This document shows, piece by piece, positions 35,352 through 48,513 of a stretch of 64,000 bases of DNA. The position numbers and the translations under genes are program-made. The notes under the pieces are model-generated. The model was not told the DNA's origin. It was given only the letters and a program-made list of their open reading frames with translations, and searched no databases. Origin of the DNA: Phoronis australis (taxonomy: Eukaryota; Animalia; Phoronida); assembly GCA_002633005.1 (NCBI GenBank), contig NMRA01000049.1, positions 1,160,011 to 1,224,010 of the forward strand, read 5' to 3'. The stretch's first letter is position 1, and each line of letters starts with the position of its first letter.

Positions 35352-36175
35352 AACAAGAGCAACGAAGAGAAATACGCCCACAAATGCACCGCAAATGGTA
35401 TGTTTCTAGGATTGTTCGTCTTATGAAAATGGCCACAAGATGGAAAAAAATACGTCAAATACATTTGAAAACAGGAACATGCCACCATTTCTTTAACAGA
35501 AAGCTATTTACAAAATTCCATAAAAATCAGTCAAGGAACTTCAGAGAAACAAAGGAAAATGGATAAAAATGAAATTACCACTAGGGGGCACAGCATTCGT
35601 CGGATCCGTCTGAAAGCTTCGTCGTCTGTTAACTTTATATGCATCCTGCAGTGGGTTTAGGAGATACAGCCATGAGTGCAAAACAAAATTGCCACTAGGA
35701 GGCACCACAGTAGTCGACATCGTCATCATCAACCGTTGTCTTCACACTGAGAACATGTACACCAATTTTCAAAATCATCCTTACAATGGTTTGGTCGATA
35801 GAGGGGTGGAGACCAAAAAACTCCAAAACAGTAAAAATGGCCACTGGGTTACGCAAAATACCTTGAATCCATCCGAAAACGTGAGGATAGCATCACCTCT
35901 ATGCCAAATTCTATGGAAATCATTGAGGACCTTTGAAGATACAGAGGTAAACGGGAAAAAAATTGCCACCAGGGGGCACACCGGTAGTCAGATCCGTCCG
36001 AAAGTTTGCTCATGCTGTCCTATCCATGAAAGGAACACATGTGCAAAATTTCATGAACATACATCATATATTTGGAGATAGAACAGCGGATGTAGGCCGG
36101 ACGCCAAATGGATGTCGGACTGACGTGGATGATGACATAATGTGTCCACGTATAAATGTGTGGGCACATACAAAA
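35352..36175 (-). mobile_element. HINE-like element, copy B (reverse orientation, fewer monomers)
   Basis: Reverse complement of both termini of copy A (aacaagagcaacg...gtgggcacata) and the same monomers. Confidence 0.78.
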
Positions 36176-37014
36176 TTAATCATCTGTTAATACCAAGAAA
36201 CACATAGTCTGGAAGGCAGTTACCCAGTGAATTCAAGTGCCATAAAAGAAAAATGTCTTGAAACAGGCAGGCTGACATGGCTATGAATGTTCAAGAATAT
36301 ACCAGGAAATAGAAAACCAATGGTCCAAGGTTCCTAAGTTCATCTCTAAGTTCATTTAGGACTGCTATATCCAGAACACACACTGACAAGATTTACTTCT
36401 AACCAGATAGAAACCAGAATGCTTACCGAAGAAGACATGATTGACTTGCAGCAAATCAATTGAAATGAACAGTCTTGCCAAGTACAGAAAGCAACATTTG
36501 ATAGATTCTCATCTGGTAAAATGAAGTGCTATTGATCCAATGGCAGAGTGCAGCAAGATGCCTAAAGACACATTGTGTAGGTGAACTGGCGGCAGATATT
36601 TCATGTATTAGAGAAAAGAAAGGTATTCAAACTCTGAACAACAGGCGAAGAGAAATTCACAAAATGAAAACCATTAGTCAACAATAATGTTGAGTTGGAC
36701 AATTGGAATATCCATGGAACCGACAGAGGATAGAACTCTCTTCCACAAAATGGGTAGGCAAGTACTGGAGGGCTTTCATAATCAAGACCAATGCAACCGG
36801 GCAACTGCCTACCTGATAAATAATAATAATAATAAGAACAATGCGAAGCATTGACATGCATCTACCGTGTGCATCGCATACAAGGGGCGGCCATTACTTT
36901 ATACCTTCCTAGTGAATGAAGCAATGGTAGTTAACTTAATAGCCTCTAGAGTGTGCAAAGCAAGTCAGGAAAGCTCTCCACAACGGGAACACACCTGCCA
37001 CCTTTCACCATAAT

Positions 37015-39060
37015 TCTTCAAGAAGTTTGAAAGATAGGGAGGTAGAAGAAACAAGAGCACAAGAATAATAGAAACAACACCAGGGGGCGCAACGCATCCC
37101 AAACAAGGGCAGGGTTTGTTTCCTACGTGACGTAACCCATTTCCCAAATTTCAAGATACAGCAGCAGATGCCGAGCAGTTGTATGGGAATGTGGGTGCAT
37201 AAAAATCCCTACCAAATACAATAACACTTTCAACAACCCCTCTCCACTTTGTCACTTATTTTGTTAACCAAAGCGATACCACTGATACCACACAAAGTCC
37301 AAAAACCCAAAAGCAATACGAAAAGTAATGCAAAATTCAACTGATATCCTATTCATATACTGGCTACAAAGTTAGCAGTTTTGATAGCACTTTCACTACA
37401 GTAATAGCAAAAACACAGGGTTGTCAACAGTTACAAGTGTCCTTTCTGTTGTACCTTTGCCAGCAGTTTGAATTAACCCAAAACTGCTGGTATTTCCCGA
37501 CACGCACGCGCAAGTGCGCCTGCAGGACTTTGTATATCGTCACATTAATACAGCAGTGAGTCAATGCGTTCTGACATCAGTACTCGCTTAAAGGTGATTC
37601 AGTTTCCTCAAGGAAACAAGCTTAAACTACTTAAAAAATTATCCCTTCACAAAAAGCTCTGCTATCTTGCATTTTCGCTTACGGGTCATTCCACATGAAA
37701 TCACCCAGAGGGTGTCGGGTCACCGTCTCAGAATTGGATGAAAATTTACTGAGATGTTAGTCATAGTACACAATGATTACCTGCAAAATTTTTTTCACGT
37801 AAGTTAAAGGGTCTCCGAGATATGGCCCTTCAAAATATTGGGTGCCACGCCCATTTTAGACCTCGCGAATTGAAACTGTGATTTTTTCAGATTTTGGAGG
37901 TCTGTCACTTCGAAATTAAGCATTGGATTGTTCTGAAAATGCTTGTATGAATTAACTGGATACCAGGCTGTCAGAATCAATCACCAGAGTTCACTTGGCT
38001 AATGTCACACCTGAACTGAGGGGGCCCCAAATGCCAAAAAAACGTGATCGCGAATCCTGAAATCGATTTTTGATTGGCTCCAGAATGTTAAATAAAAGAA
38101 ATTAAAGCACTTTAACAGTCAATAAGTATATTCCTTGTCACTGTTAACTGTAACAAGTAATAAACAACTTATTTTGGTGGTCAATGTTGAAGCTATGTGG
38201 CACTAAAAAGCAGTTTCAGTTAAGTAACGCATTTCTTCAGCCATTTTTGGCACCCGAAAAACCAATGTCTGCAGTTTACAATGATATTGAATTTTTTCTC
38301 ACATAATGAAACATGTATGAAGATTATAAAACCAAAAAAAAAATTTTGTGTTTGAAACTCCTTCATGGTTTAACGACTCTTTCTTAAATCGAGGGTTTTC
38401 NTCTTCAAGAAGTTTGGAAGATAGGGAGGCAGAAGAAACAAGAGCACAAGAATAATAGAAACAACACTAGGGGGCGCAACGCATCCCAAACAAGGGCAGG
38501 GTTTGTTTCCTACGTGACGTAACCCATTTCCCAAATTTCATGATACAGCAGCATATGCCGAACAGTTGTATGGGAACGTGGGTGCATAAAAATCCCTACC
38601 AAATACAATAACACTTTCAACAACCCCTATCCACTTTGTCACTTATTTTGTTAACCAAAGCGATACCACTGATACCACAAAGTCCAAAAACCCAAAAGCA
38701 ATACTAAAAGTAACGCAAAATGCAACTGATATCCTATTCATATACTGGCTACAAAGTTAGCAGTTTTGATAGCACTTTCACTAATAGCAAAAACACAGGG
38801 TTGTCAACAGTTACAAATGTCCTTTCTGTTGTACCTTTGCCAGCAGTTTGAATTAACCCAAAACTGCTGGTATTTCCGGACACGCACGCGCAAGTGCACC
38901 TGCAGGACTTTGTATATCGTCACATTAATACAGCAGTGAGTCAATGCGTTCTGACATCAGTACTCGCTTAAAGGTGATTCAGTTTCCTCAAGGAAACAAG
39001 CTTAAACTTGAAAAAATTATCCCTTCCCGAAAAGCTCTTCTATCTTACATTTTCGCTAAC
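37015..39060. repeat. Near-identical direct duplication 37015-37681 / 38402-39060 joined at a single N
   Basis: Only scattered SNPs and small indels; N at 38401. Confidence 0.9.
37683..38400. mobile_element. End of a probable DNA transposon present in only one copy of a duplicated block
   Basis: Sequence starting gggtcattccacatgaaatc replaces the continuation seen at ~39060; cut off by the N at 38401. Confidence 0.5.
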
Positions 39061-42000
39061 TGTTTTATCCAGTTCAACCGCTGCGGTTTTCATCACTCAT
39101 AAAATAATAAGACACAATTAAATTTTACCATTTAGGTCAAATGATGGATAAAGAAATCTTGAACATTTGATGGCCTATGATAAAAGTTCGTTCTCACACA
39201 CGCAATTTCATTCTCTTGGGTATACACAACAGTTGAGTTGCTTTGTTTCTGTCACTCACATCTCTTCAGAATGTTCATACCACAAGCCAGTTAATTACAG
39301 GAGAGCCAAGCATCAGGCCATGTTCTGGCAGCATGCTTGGCACTAACACAGTACAGACAACCAGACATCAATAACAGTTGTTGAGATATTCAGGGAAAAT
39401 GAAATTTTATATGCAAATTGTAGGAGAGTAAACTGAAGTATGCCTTCCCATCTACAGGGGTATAGGTTACAGCTCTGTAGCAACTGCATTAGATGAGACA
39501 GCTTCCGGCATGACTCAGTTCATTTTAGACTTTAAGCTATAATGCATATTAGACGTTGGAGGATGTTAGATCATAAATATACCTCCCAATGTACAATGAG
39601 CAAACAAAAAATAAACTTGGACAAAACAATTTGACAAATTCCTCAGCATTGAGCCCATACTCGTTTGTGCCCTGCTTTGAAACTTTGCTAGTCTCAATAC
39701 TCACAAAAACAGAAGTATGAGAAATCCGGTACTCGGCATCAGGTTTTTCAATAAACGCATACTACAAATCAATAGAAACATACACTGAATTGTCAACTAT
39801 CATATGGAGTGACATAATTACTCATTGTTTTCTGCAAATCAATGACAACTCCTCAGGTAAAAACAAAACTAGCAGAGAGAACACTGCGAAAAATCTGTTA
39901 ATGACTTGGAAAGGTATAGTTTACCATGAGAAATCAGTACAGTATAATTTCTCGTCTCCTGAAAGGTTCATGAAATAGCAAGACAACAAAGTTGATTAAA
40001 AAATCTGAAGCCACAAATTTCCGTCATCGCATGTATGGCTGAGCTTGTCGAAGACATACACACGTGTGGCTAGGAACTTGCCATGTTTTTAAAGACACAT
40101 GCTACCCAGTTCAAATGTTTCTTTTCTTCTTTTTTTAATAATCAGTGTGTCCATACCACTTCGATCTCTGTCGACCTCATTGGACCAATTGGTGTCACAA
40201 TAAGGTGTGACGAAAATGACATCAATAGAGAATGTGATGAGAGTGTACATTGCTAATTTGAAGAAGTATGGTGTGCTGCCTATTTTTCAAAGCAGTCTAT
40301 CAACTTAGCAGGCAATCCTGTAGTGAAGGTTCAACGGAGTTCCTGACTGCAAATGTGCTCAGAAACCCAATATTAAATTATAATGCACCTATGGCTTTTC
40401 AGATGAAGCAGCTGCGTGTGTGCTACAAACCAATCATGCGTTAATTCAGATTTCAGGCAAATACCACTAACATGAGCATTGATTGCTTCTGTAAAACTTT
40501 TGTCTTAATGATTTTGCAGTACACGGACTCTAGAGGTCGCATCATGATATGTTGTTGCAGTAAGCCTACTATGAGCTGGAAAGTAACCAAGTAACTTGCA
40601 GCCTCAAAAAATGTCCAATCCACCCAAATATAGCCACTAATTCCAGTTGCTTTGAATACAGTTTGGTTGCAGGGAATAGTGTTTGATGTCAAGAACTTTA
40701 GGAACCGGCAGTCAGACTGCACTCAACTTACATGACCACTCACTTAGGTACTCCTGGTAGTGGCTAAGATAATCACAGGTAATGAAGAAGTTATGAATGT
40801 GATGCTGTTTTTTGCAAAACAAAAATTAGGTCTCACGAAATTTTGAGCAAAGAGCCAAATCAGATAAATTATGGAAGAGTGAAACCTCCACTGACAGTTA
40901 TGTGATGTCCTTATACTGATAGCACAAAACTGAAACTAGCACCATTGTTTATGATAGAAAGTGCAGATTTCGTAAATGTCACTCTTCATGTTTTTATGAT
41001 TACCTTTGAACAGGTACTTATTTCAGAGAGACAGAGGTGGCAAAGCGTTCAGCAGATATGCAGACCATATTCATATTATGTTACGCTTCCTAAGAAGGGG
41101 CATGCAGTCATTGATATTTTGGCATTGTACCAGGCAGGACCCGACAGTCTGGTTCCCAAACTTTCTAAAACTAAATCTAAAATTCCCTACATTTGGATAA
41201 TAGTAATGTCAGAAAGAGAATTGATTGTTCTGATTACAATACATTTCATCAGTTTCTATACTAATCTCATTCCCGTGTATTTTAAATGGCCGATATTCCT
41301 AATCCGGTTACCGAATAAAGGTTTTCATGGCATCAAAAATACATTTTATACTTAACATTCTCACTTAAAAAGTGCTAAACTTTCTTCAGAGAACCTTTCT
41401 AGTTCTACACAAATCCTCAATGAAGCATGTATACTAGTGGCAAAGAATTCCAACTCCATCTTTTGATCGCCTTTAACTTTTTCACTGCTCGCGATAACCA
41501 TAAAGGTTTTTAACTGAGGTCACGCAAGTTAGGCCACAACAAGCGCGTGACATGGTAGACACTTGCAAAAAGTAGCATGGGAAGATATCAGGAGGGTTTT
41601 GTCAGATTTGTGTCCCTTGGACTTTTTGGCATGATTTTGCGTAGCCTTGGTACAAAGCTGTATACTAAATATACAGCTTTACACTGATGTGGGTAAAAAA
41701 GTGGTCGATAAAATCTCACACAAAATTAAAAACTACAGTCTTCCTTGAGTAAACAAAATTATTTAACGGTGATGGAAAAAAATGGCATTTTACCGTTATT
41801 CTGCTGTTAAAGTTGTGGAGTAATCTTTGGTGACGGCTTTCGGCGGTATGAAATATTGCGTCACCTATTGGCCAGTTTCTTTTTTCGCCGATTCTTCAAT
41901 CAACTGTTGGTCTTTCACAAGCTTGCGTACACATCACAACAAATTATTGGAATTTCGATACCGAAAAACTCAATTTCAAAACAAATTTTGCTGCGGCGAA

Positions 42001-42962
42001 GTTGTCGCAAAAATTTAGGAAATGGAGCGTGCGCGTGACACGAGTGTACTGGTTTCAAAATGACAACATACTTTTCATTGTTAGAAAAGGCAGAGAGTTA
42101 CTTAAGAAAATGACGTTTATTGCATTGTTTTTTCACTTACACGGCTGTAACAGGCAAGGTGAGTGTCGGTTGATTCCCAGATTTTGCATGCACCCCATCC
42201 GGTCTTTAGCTTTACATGTTGATGCAAGTTTCATGGCGAAGTGACGAGCAGAACTACCCTGGCTGTGTGCAATTTCGGACGGAAGAAATACACACAAAGG
42301 TACCTAGCTGTATTTTGACGATAGTCTTCATACAGCTAGCTGGCTGGCTAAATTTTGTGTAACTTCTTTAAAATAGCACCTGGCAAGGGAACCTGGCATG
42401 AGCCTAGACTAGACAGTGATTTTCGAGGATATGTTCAAATTATGTTGACTAAATTGTCTTCAGAGTCACGGTATGTGTTAATTATAACTGAATGCGTATC
42501 TATACATGTTTCTTTCAATTCAATTTTATTAATTGTATTTTGAAATGACTAACTTTTTATGAGGTATGCTATTGTTTGTGTACGCCTGTGGGGTCCATTG
42601 CATTGGTCACTACCTTTGGTCAAGAGTAAGATATTGCATTGCAAGTGCCTCAACCGGTCATTAGCTCTAGTAGTAGTAGTTAGTAAAGTTTCACAACGAG
42701 GTGAAGAGAAGAACTACCGTGGTTGATGTAAAATTTCAATGTCTATGTGAAGTTAACACACAGCGGTTCCTAGTAGTAATTTGACGATTGTCTTCATACA
42801 GCTGGCTGGTGTGACATCCTTACTGAGGAGTGAGGTCGAGAAGTGAGCGTCAATTGTAAACACTAATCTGAACACATTAAACGTTTAAGCTCACGTCGGA
42901 ATCCGCAAACCTAGAAGTGCAACAATCTCTAAAATGAATCTGAGAGCTATTGAACTACCTAC

Positions 42963-43115
42963 CTGTAATATACGACACTTTCATGTCATTTTTCAGATAA
43001 CATAAAAACGATACTCTTCGAGTAATCACAGCAGGAAGTTGGGTCTGCCCAAAATGGCGTCAATCACACCTGGGACAGGGGAGATAATTCTAGGTCAAAG
43101 AACGAACCAATATCA
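42963..43115 (-). promoter_or_regulatory. Candidate WASF promoter and non-coding first exon
   Basis: Minus-strand GCCATTTT (YY1-like) at ~43060-43068, an ETS-like CAGGAAGT, a CCAAT at 43107, and a strong minus-strand donor cag|gtaggt at 42963. Confidence 0.45.
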
Positions 43116-44164
43116 GCGTTGTGAAGTTCAATAAAAGTGCCGAGTGTAAGTGATGTCGCCACATGAGATACCGGATTTTGACACCAAGCATTTTTACAAG
43201 ACAGGACGGGAAAATTTTATTTACATGAAGCAATAGGATATTTTTCACAAGTCCTCAAAGTGATCGTTACTCTAGCAGATCCAATATTTCGGTTTGGCAC
43301 CCTGATGGCCTAAACGATAACAATTTTTTATTTTTCATTTGTTTGATATGAGGCAAGGAGATTTTTCAGTTGGATTGCATCTGCAACTAGTGAGTTTATA
43401 GAAACGCGAATGACCCGTCCCCAATTTATAGTAGGTAGGCTAACGATCGACATCACCCGATGTTTGTATAATTGAGTATGAACTGATGTCAGTTACAGAT
43501 GTAACTTTTTAATTACAGACTTTATATTATATAGTTGGTAGTCACCTTACATTAAGTCGGAAAATATTCATGCTGATCACAGCTGGGCTACTTCATTCCA
43601 GATTTTGCGCGCATGTTTTTAAGACGTAACCAAGCGCGGATTTACTCTAAATTCCAGGAGATGTACGATAGAGATATCATGGTGCTTTCTAGATGTACTG
43701 ATCCAATGAGATGAAAACAAATATAGCTCATTGGTACTGATGACGTCATTTATGGTATAGATAAAGTCAAATGCGCTGCCGTATTAGCATTACACGAACA
43801 ATGAAACATAAACGTCACGGAATCATTAGTTACCATGAAGTTCCGAAAATTGTTCTCAGAATGAAAATTATGTTCCTGTTCGTTAGACGCATGTATGTCA
43901 AGTCCGTTCATAACAGCAGACGACAACCGTTGTAAAAACTACTTAAGCAGGTGAGCGATCTCCCTGTCTCCAGTTCAATATTACTGATTTGTTTCAAAAG
44001 ATTATTACATACCCGTAGGATTACTGTGTACTGAAAGTTGACATTAAATATGTCCAGCAGAATAACTTGAGTGTGTTATGCTTGGCTATATGTTCCAATT
44101 TGAAGTAGGAATAGGTGGGAAAATTTGTATTTTTTGTTTACTTTTTCACTGGGAGTGGTTTGCG

Positions 44165-46520
44165 ATGGCCTTAACTCGGGCGGAAACACAGAGGAACTAT
44201 GAAGAGCAAAAGTTATCTTGCCAGAAAAGACCACTCACCTGCGCTGTGGCAGATGAGTATCCCGACTGCCTGGTTGACCTGTCGGGAGTAGGCCTACAGC
44301 CTTGCCGTTATGAGTTTGACAGTGGAAAAACAACGTTTACATAGTCCAGCTCTCTTATTGTTTGCTTTCATCTGATGCGCCCGACGCTAATTAGCTGATA
44401 TTTAAAAATACTATATGCAAACGACGTTCAACAAATGTCGTGGCTCACAGGGTTCCGCCGTATTAGTAGATCTTCGTACTAGTGCACCTTCGTACTAGTT
44501 CCTAAACGTAATTATGTTCCCGTGGGTGGTGGTTTGAGCTCAGACTAAACGAAATGAAGTGTCTATAACAATACCTCGACTACACTTGGGGATTCGGAAA
44601 GGCCGGTGGTAAAATGGTCATCTGCTAGAAAAAATGAACCGCGCAAAAGAATTAAGTATTGTCAACTAAACCATGTAGAAATGTGAAGAATTTAAAGAAA
44701 CCAGAATGACATACTAAGGAAAAAGTAAAAGTAATTCAACGAAAAGTGCACTGAGTGGATGGAATTGAAAAAGATTTGCGCGACACCCAAAAATAAAACT
44801 AATGAAGTGATGACAGAGTTACGCCTCACTAATTCAATCAAGCACGGGGTTGAAGTTCGCAAAAGCTTATAGTCTATAACGTGATCGCAGATGCGATTAA
44901 ACGAAAGGTTGCAACAGTACACACCAGCACAAGACGCGAAGTATTTATGGCTCACTCGCTGTCCGAGAAAGCTTGTGGCTAAGTACAGGTGTATGTCAGG
45001 ATTAAGCAATTAAAGTGTGAATCGGCGTAACATAGTTGCAAGGGCCCGTTCAAAGAAGGAGTAAGCAACAGAGAAGCAGGGCATGACCTTAGTGAATTTA
45101 CAAACATGTCATTTTATCCTTTCTTGAAAGAGAAGACAGTTGTCGGGTTAATCCAGGGAAGAACGTTACCTTGACTTGCGAAAAAGGAGAATTCAAGCCT
45201 AGATATTGACCGACTACTTAGAGAATTTGCACCAGAAATACTTGCCCCCACAAGTCTCTGCGTTGTTCTTGTCCATTTTCAAGGGGACCAGACCAAAATA
45301 TCTACTCCCGGCCGATTGACTTCATGAGCAGGAGTACATGATGCACTAAACACCAGAACTTCGTATTCAAGCTCAAAGTATGCTGAAATAAGCCGGCGTT
45401 TCAACTTCGAAACCTGGGCCCGGTCTCTAATCTTTGTACTCGAAACTATTTTTGGCAATTTCTCTGGTCCTTTTGTGCGAACTTAAGATAATTGGTTATC
45501 AGACTGTGCTCGAATACATTATAGTTTATACATAGGAGTTTCTAGTTCAAGTTTGCCCTTGAAGACTCTTATATTCGTGCTACAAACTCGAGTAAAAACT
45601 CGAAATTTCGGGTTCAAACTCAAACTTATTGCTTTAATATTGGGTTTACAAACTGTGAACTAAGGGCAATAAATTATTTACGTAAGTTATTGTGTACTCG
45701 AGCATAGAATAATAGACACTTATCTTGAGTTCGCCCAAAAGTAGAGTAGAAAATGCCAAACCTAATTTCGAGTTCTATTTCGAGTAAAAAGATTGGAGAC
45801 CGGGCCCAGAACATTTCATACTTCGAAACGTGGTAGCTGACTCATGTTTCTCGTGCAAAGATATCTTATTCCACATGGAAGCACATCAAAGATGCAGACG
45901 GAAAATAGAAGATGAAGACCGTTCAAAAAGTAATGCAGACGAAGGACGATTTCATACAGTGAGAGAAAGAAATGTGCATAACTTCAAGCATCACGTCGAA
46001 AGAATTCAAAGGCAATACTCAGATATAAGAAACATAAAGCAAAACCTTGCTGAGAAGGATGCTATTCTTCAACTGGTTTTTACCCTGAGAACATACGTCT
46101 GCATCTAAAAACCCGCAAATGAAGTGCAGAGTGCATACTGAAGTACGTCACAAGGGACTCTCTAACCCGAGGTGTTATTCCATAAAACACAAAGGCCATG
46201 TGACTGGGTCGGATTGCCTTACACATGTTTCTTTAACTGTGAGTCCTTTCAGTCTTGGGAAAGTTCTTTGAAACGTTCTACTGAAGAGCTTCAAAATATT
46301 GAACACGTCCACTTCTGGATTGATAGCCTAAAAAGTCAGAATAGATACGTTTTTGAGATAACTGTCACCATATCTACGTTTTGATACCATGCGACGTGGG
46401 AAGGACGCTTGTGATGACTGAGATCTGTGGCACATAACGCCTGGCCAACGAGAATGTGAGTGCACAACAAGCAACAAGTCAAGTTGAACAAGATTGAAGT
46501 GGACAAACAATTCTGGCAAT
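44165..46520 (+). pseudogene. Decayed DNA-transposase remnant, Sola2-like
   Basis: Frameshifted fragments MALTRAETQRNY; FKHHVERIQRQYSDIRNIKQNLAEKDAILQL; (P)EN..C..NEVQSAY; IEHVHFWIDS..SQNR; RGKDACD. These resemble the DFxENY / QSxxW / SDxxxxQYxN / HGKGxxDG motif series; family assignment is from memory. Confidence 0.6.
45417..45806. mobile_element. PIF/Harbinger-like MITE nested in the transposase remnant
   Basis: TIR ggcccggtctctaatc / gattggagaccgggcc flanked by CTG and CAG (CWG target). Confidence 0.68.
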
Positions 46521-47607
46521 GAAAAGCGTGAAAAAGGGTGGAGAAATTAAATCGTGTACATTTCTGTCAATCAAAGATACTTTCGTGGCTAGCTAGTGAT
46601 ACAGGCCTGGCGATATCCAGTATTTGACAAGTAGGACTTTTAAGTAATTGTTGAAGCGGTTTATGGTGTTCTCCTGTATTTATTCCGATTCAGGATTCGT
46701 TTTGAGTGAAATTGCGATTTTAATATCTTTAGAATCAGAGGCATGAGCAACTTTAACTGAAACACCCGTTACCGTCGCCTCGTGATGTTTGTTGGTGTGT
46801 ATTTTGATTTTATTACAAGGCTTTTTCGTAAAGAGCGCCCTAATTGAATTATAATTTAATAAATGTTTCGTTTCACCAAATTTGTTGTAACATTCGTTAC
46901 ATTTAAGCTTTAAGTGTAAATGATTTCTGAAAATATTGTCAGGTCTGCGCCCTCCCGAATAACTTAATATGTGAGACATAAATTGGCGAACGCGTTAATT
47001 CCAAATTTTTGTATTTGGTTGACTCTGCTTCAGTGATACTAAATGCTGTACTGTAGCCAAATATTTCATATTGTTTGTTAAAAATGTTCGTGACTGTTCC
47101 GACATTTTTAACAACACTACATTCTTAACGTCCTTCTGTGAATGAAAGTTGTAGTTGACAAACCTTTACAGAGAAGTTTTATAGACTTGTGTTTACTGCC
47201 CTTTTACGTATGTTCCAAGGTCACGTTTAATAAAAAAAAATACCAAAAGTTTTGCCAAATCTTTTTAGAGGAGTTAACTTACTAAAAATATGACTGAAAT
47301 TAAGTGGCACTGTTTGTTTAATCAAACAACTTTTCATTACGGCGAATGTTTTTTGACCAAGTTGCAACGTTTTATTGAGCTTGGGCCGCGATATCGGGAA
47401 CCGGAATACCCGGTACTTGGCACCACAAGAGTTTTAATACTTTTTATTTATTTAGTACGTGAATCTCAAGATAACACCCAAACCACGACAGATCTAAAGA
47501 GATCTCAATCACTTTATTTTCAGTTCAGTACCCACGAGAGCTGGTCTAGCATCGCGTGTTGGGCCACTGCTGACACGAGCCCGCGCAACTGAACTAACCT
47601 CTCCTAT

Positions 47608-47859
47608 CATGCGCGCACCCAGGGGGGCTCGGGGGGCTCGAACGATCCCTCCCATTTGGCGAAGTGGGCAAAAAAGGTCCGCCCCAGAGAGACAAAAAGT
47701 CCGAGAAAATGCGGACAAAAGTCCACTAAATAAGCACAAACGCTCACTTCACAGTGGTGATCCCCGTTTTTTAGTCCGCCCGCTGTTTTGTTAGCAAAAA
47801 GGTCCACAACGTCAAGAATTCGAGCCCCCCCCCCATATTGAAGGCTGGGTGCGCGCATG
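47608..47859. mobile_element. MITE with 15-bp TIR and 5-bp TSD
   Basis: catgcgcgcacccag / ctgggtgcgcgcatg; cctat on both sides. Confidence 0.8.
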
Positions 47860-48342
47860 CCTATTTTTTAATTTGTGACATTCTCATGGCCATCCCGTAA
47901 TTCTTGAAGAGGTCCCGTTTATCTTCAATCCCGATAAAAGGCTGCTCTAACTTGGTTTATTCAACATTAAATATATTTGACAAATTTGAACCGACGTCAC
48001 AATAATCTAGGACCAATACCAAATGTATATTACTTCCAGCATGTAGGCGTAAGTATTTCCACATGTAACAAAATGCGATATTTTCAGGCAAACAAACACG
48101 GCAATATCTTGTAGGATCGGGAATCCAAAGCATGCTAAGCGAACATTTCTTTTTTTTGATATTTGTACTTCTCTCTTTTTTCTCGTACTTGAACTATTTT
48201 TGAACAAATCAGGCATGAGCCGTCTAACTGCTTACGACGGTCTCGCCACCTGGTGACAGCTAAACTTTTCCAAAGTCAGATTGGCCAATCAAGACTAGAA
48301 AACGAATTTTGTGCGTAGAGGCTTCTGACCTTGACCTTCAAA

Positions 48343-48513
48343 ATGGATGCTTTGAAAAGCTACGCGGGGAATGAAAGTGATGAACTTTCTAGCGATAATG
48401 AGGAAGAACCGCCGAAGGTTTCGGAAGATGAAGTTGCTCATTTGAAGCCCCTGTCGTCAGGAACCTACCTCAATGTTAAAAAAGTAGACATGGCACCAAC
48501 AGTTATCACCAAG
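48343..48513 (+). CDS. CDC40: CDC40 exon 1
   Basis: aaaATGG start, MDALKSYAG...APTVITK, aag|gtgaga donor; CCAAT at ~48284 upstream. Confidence 0.88.
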
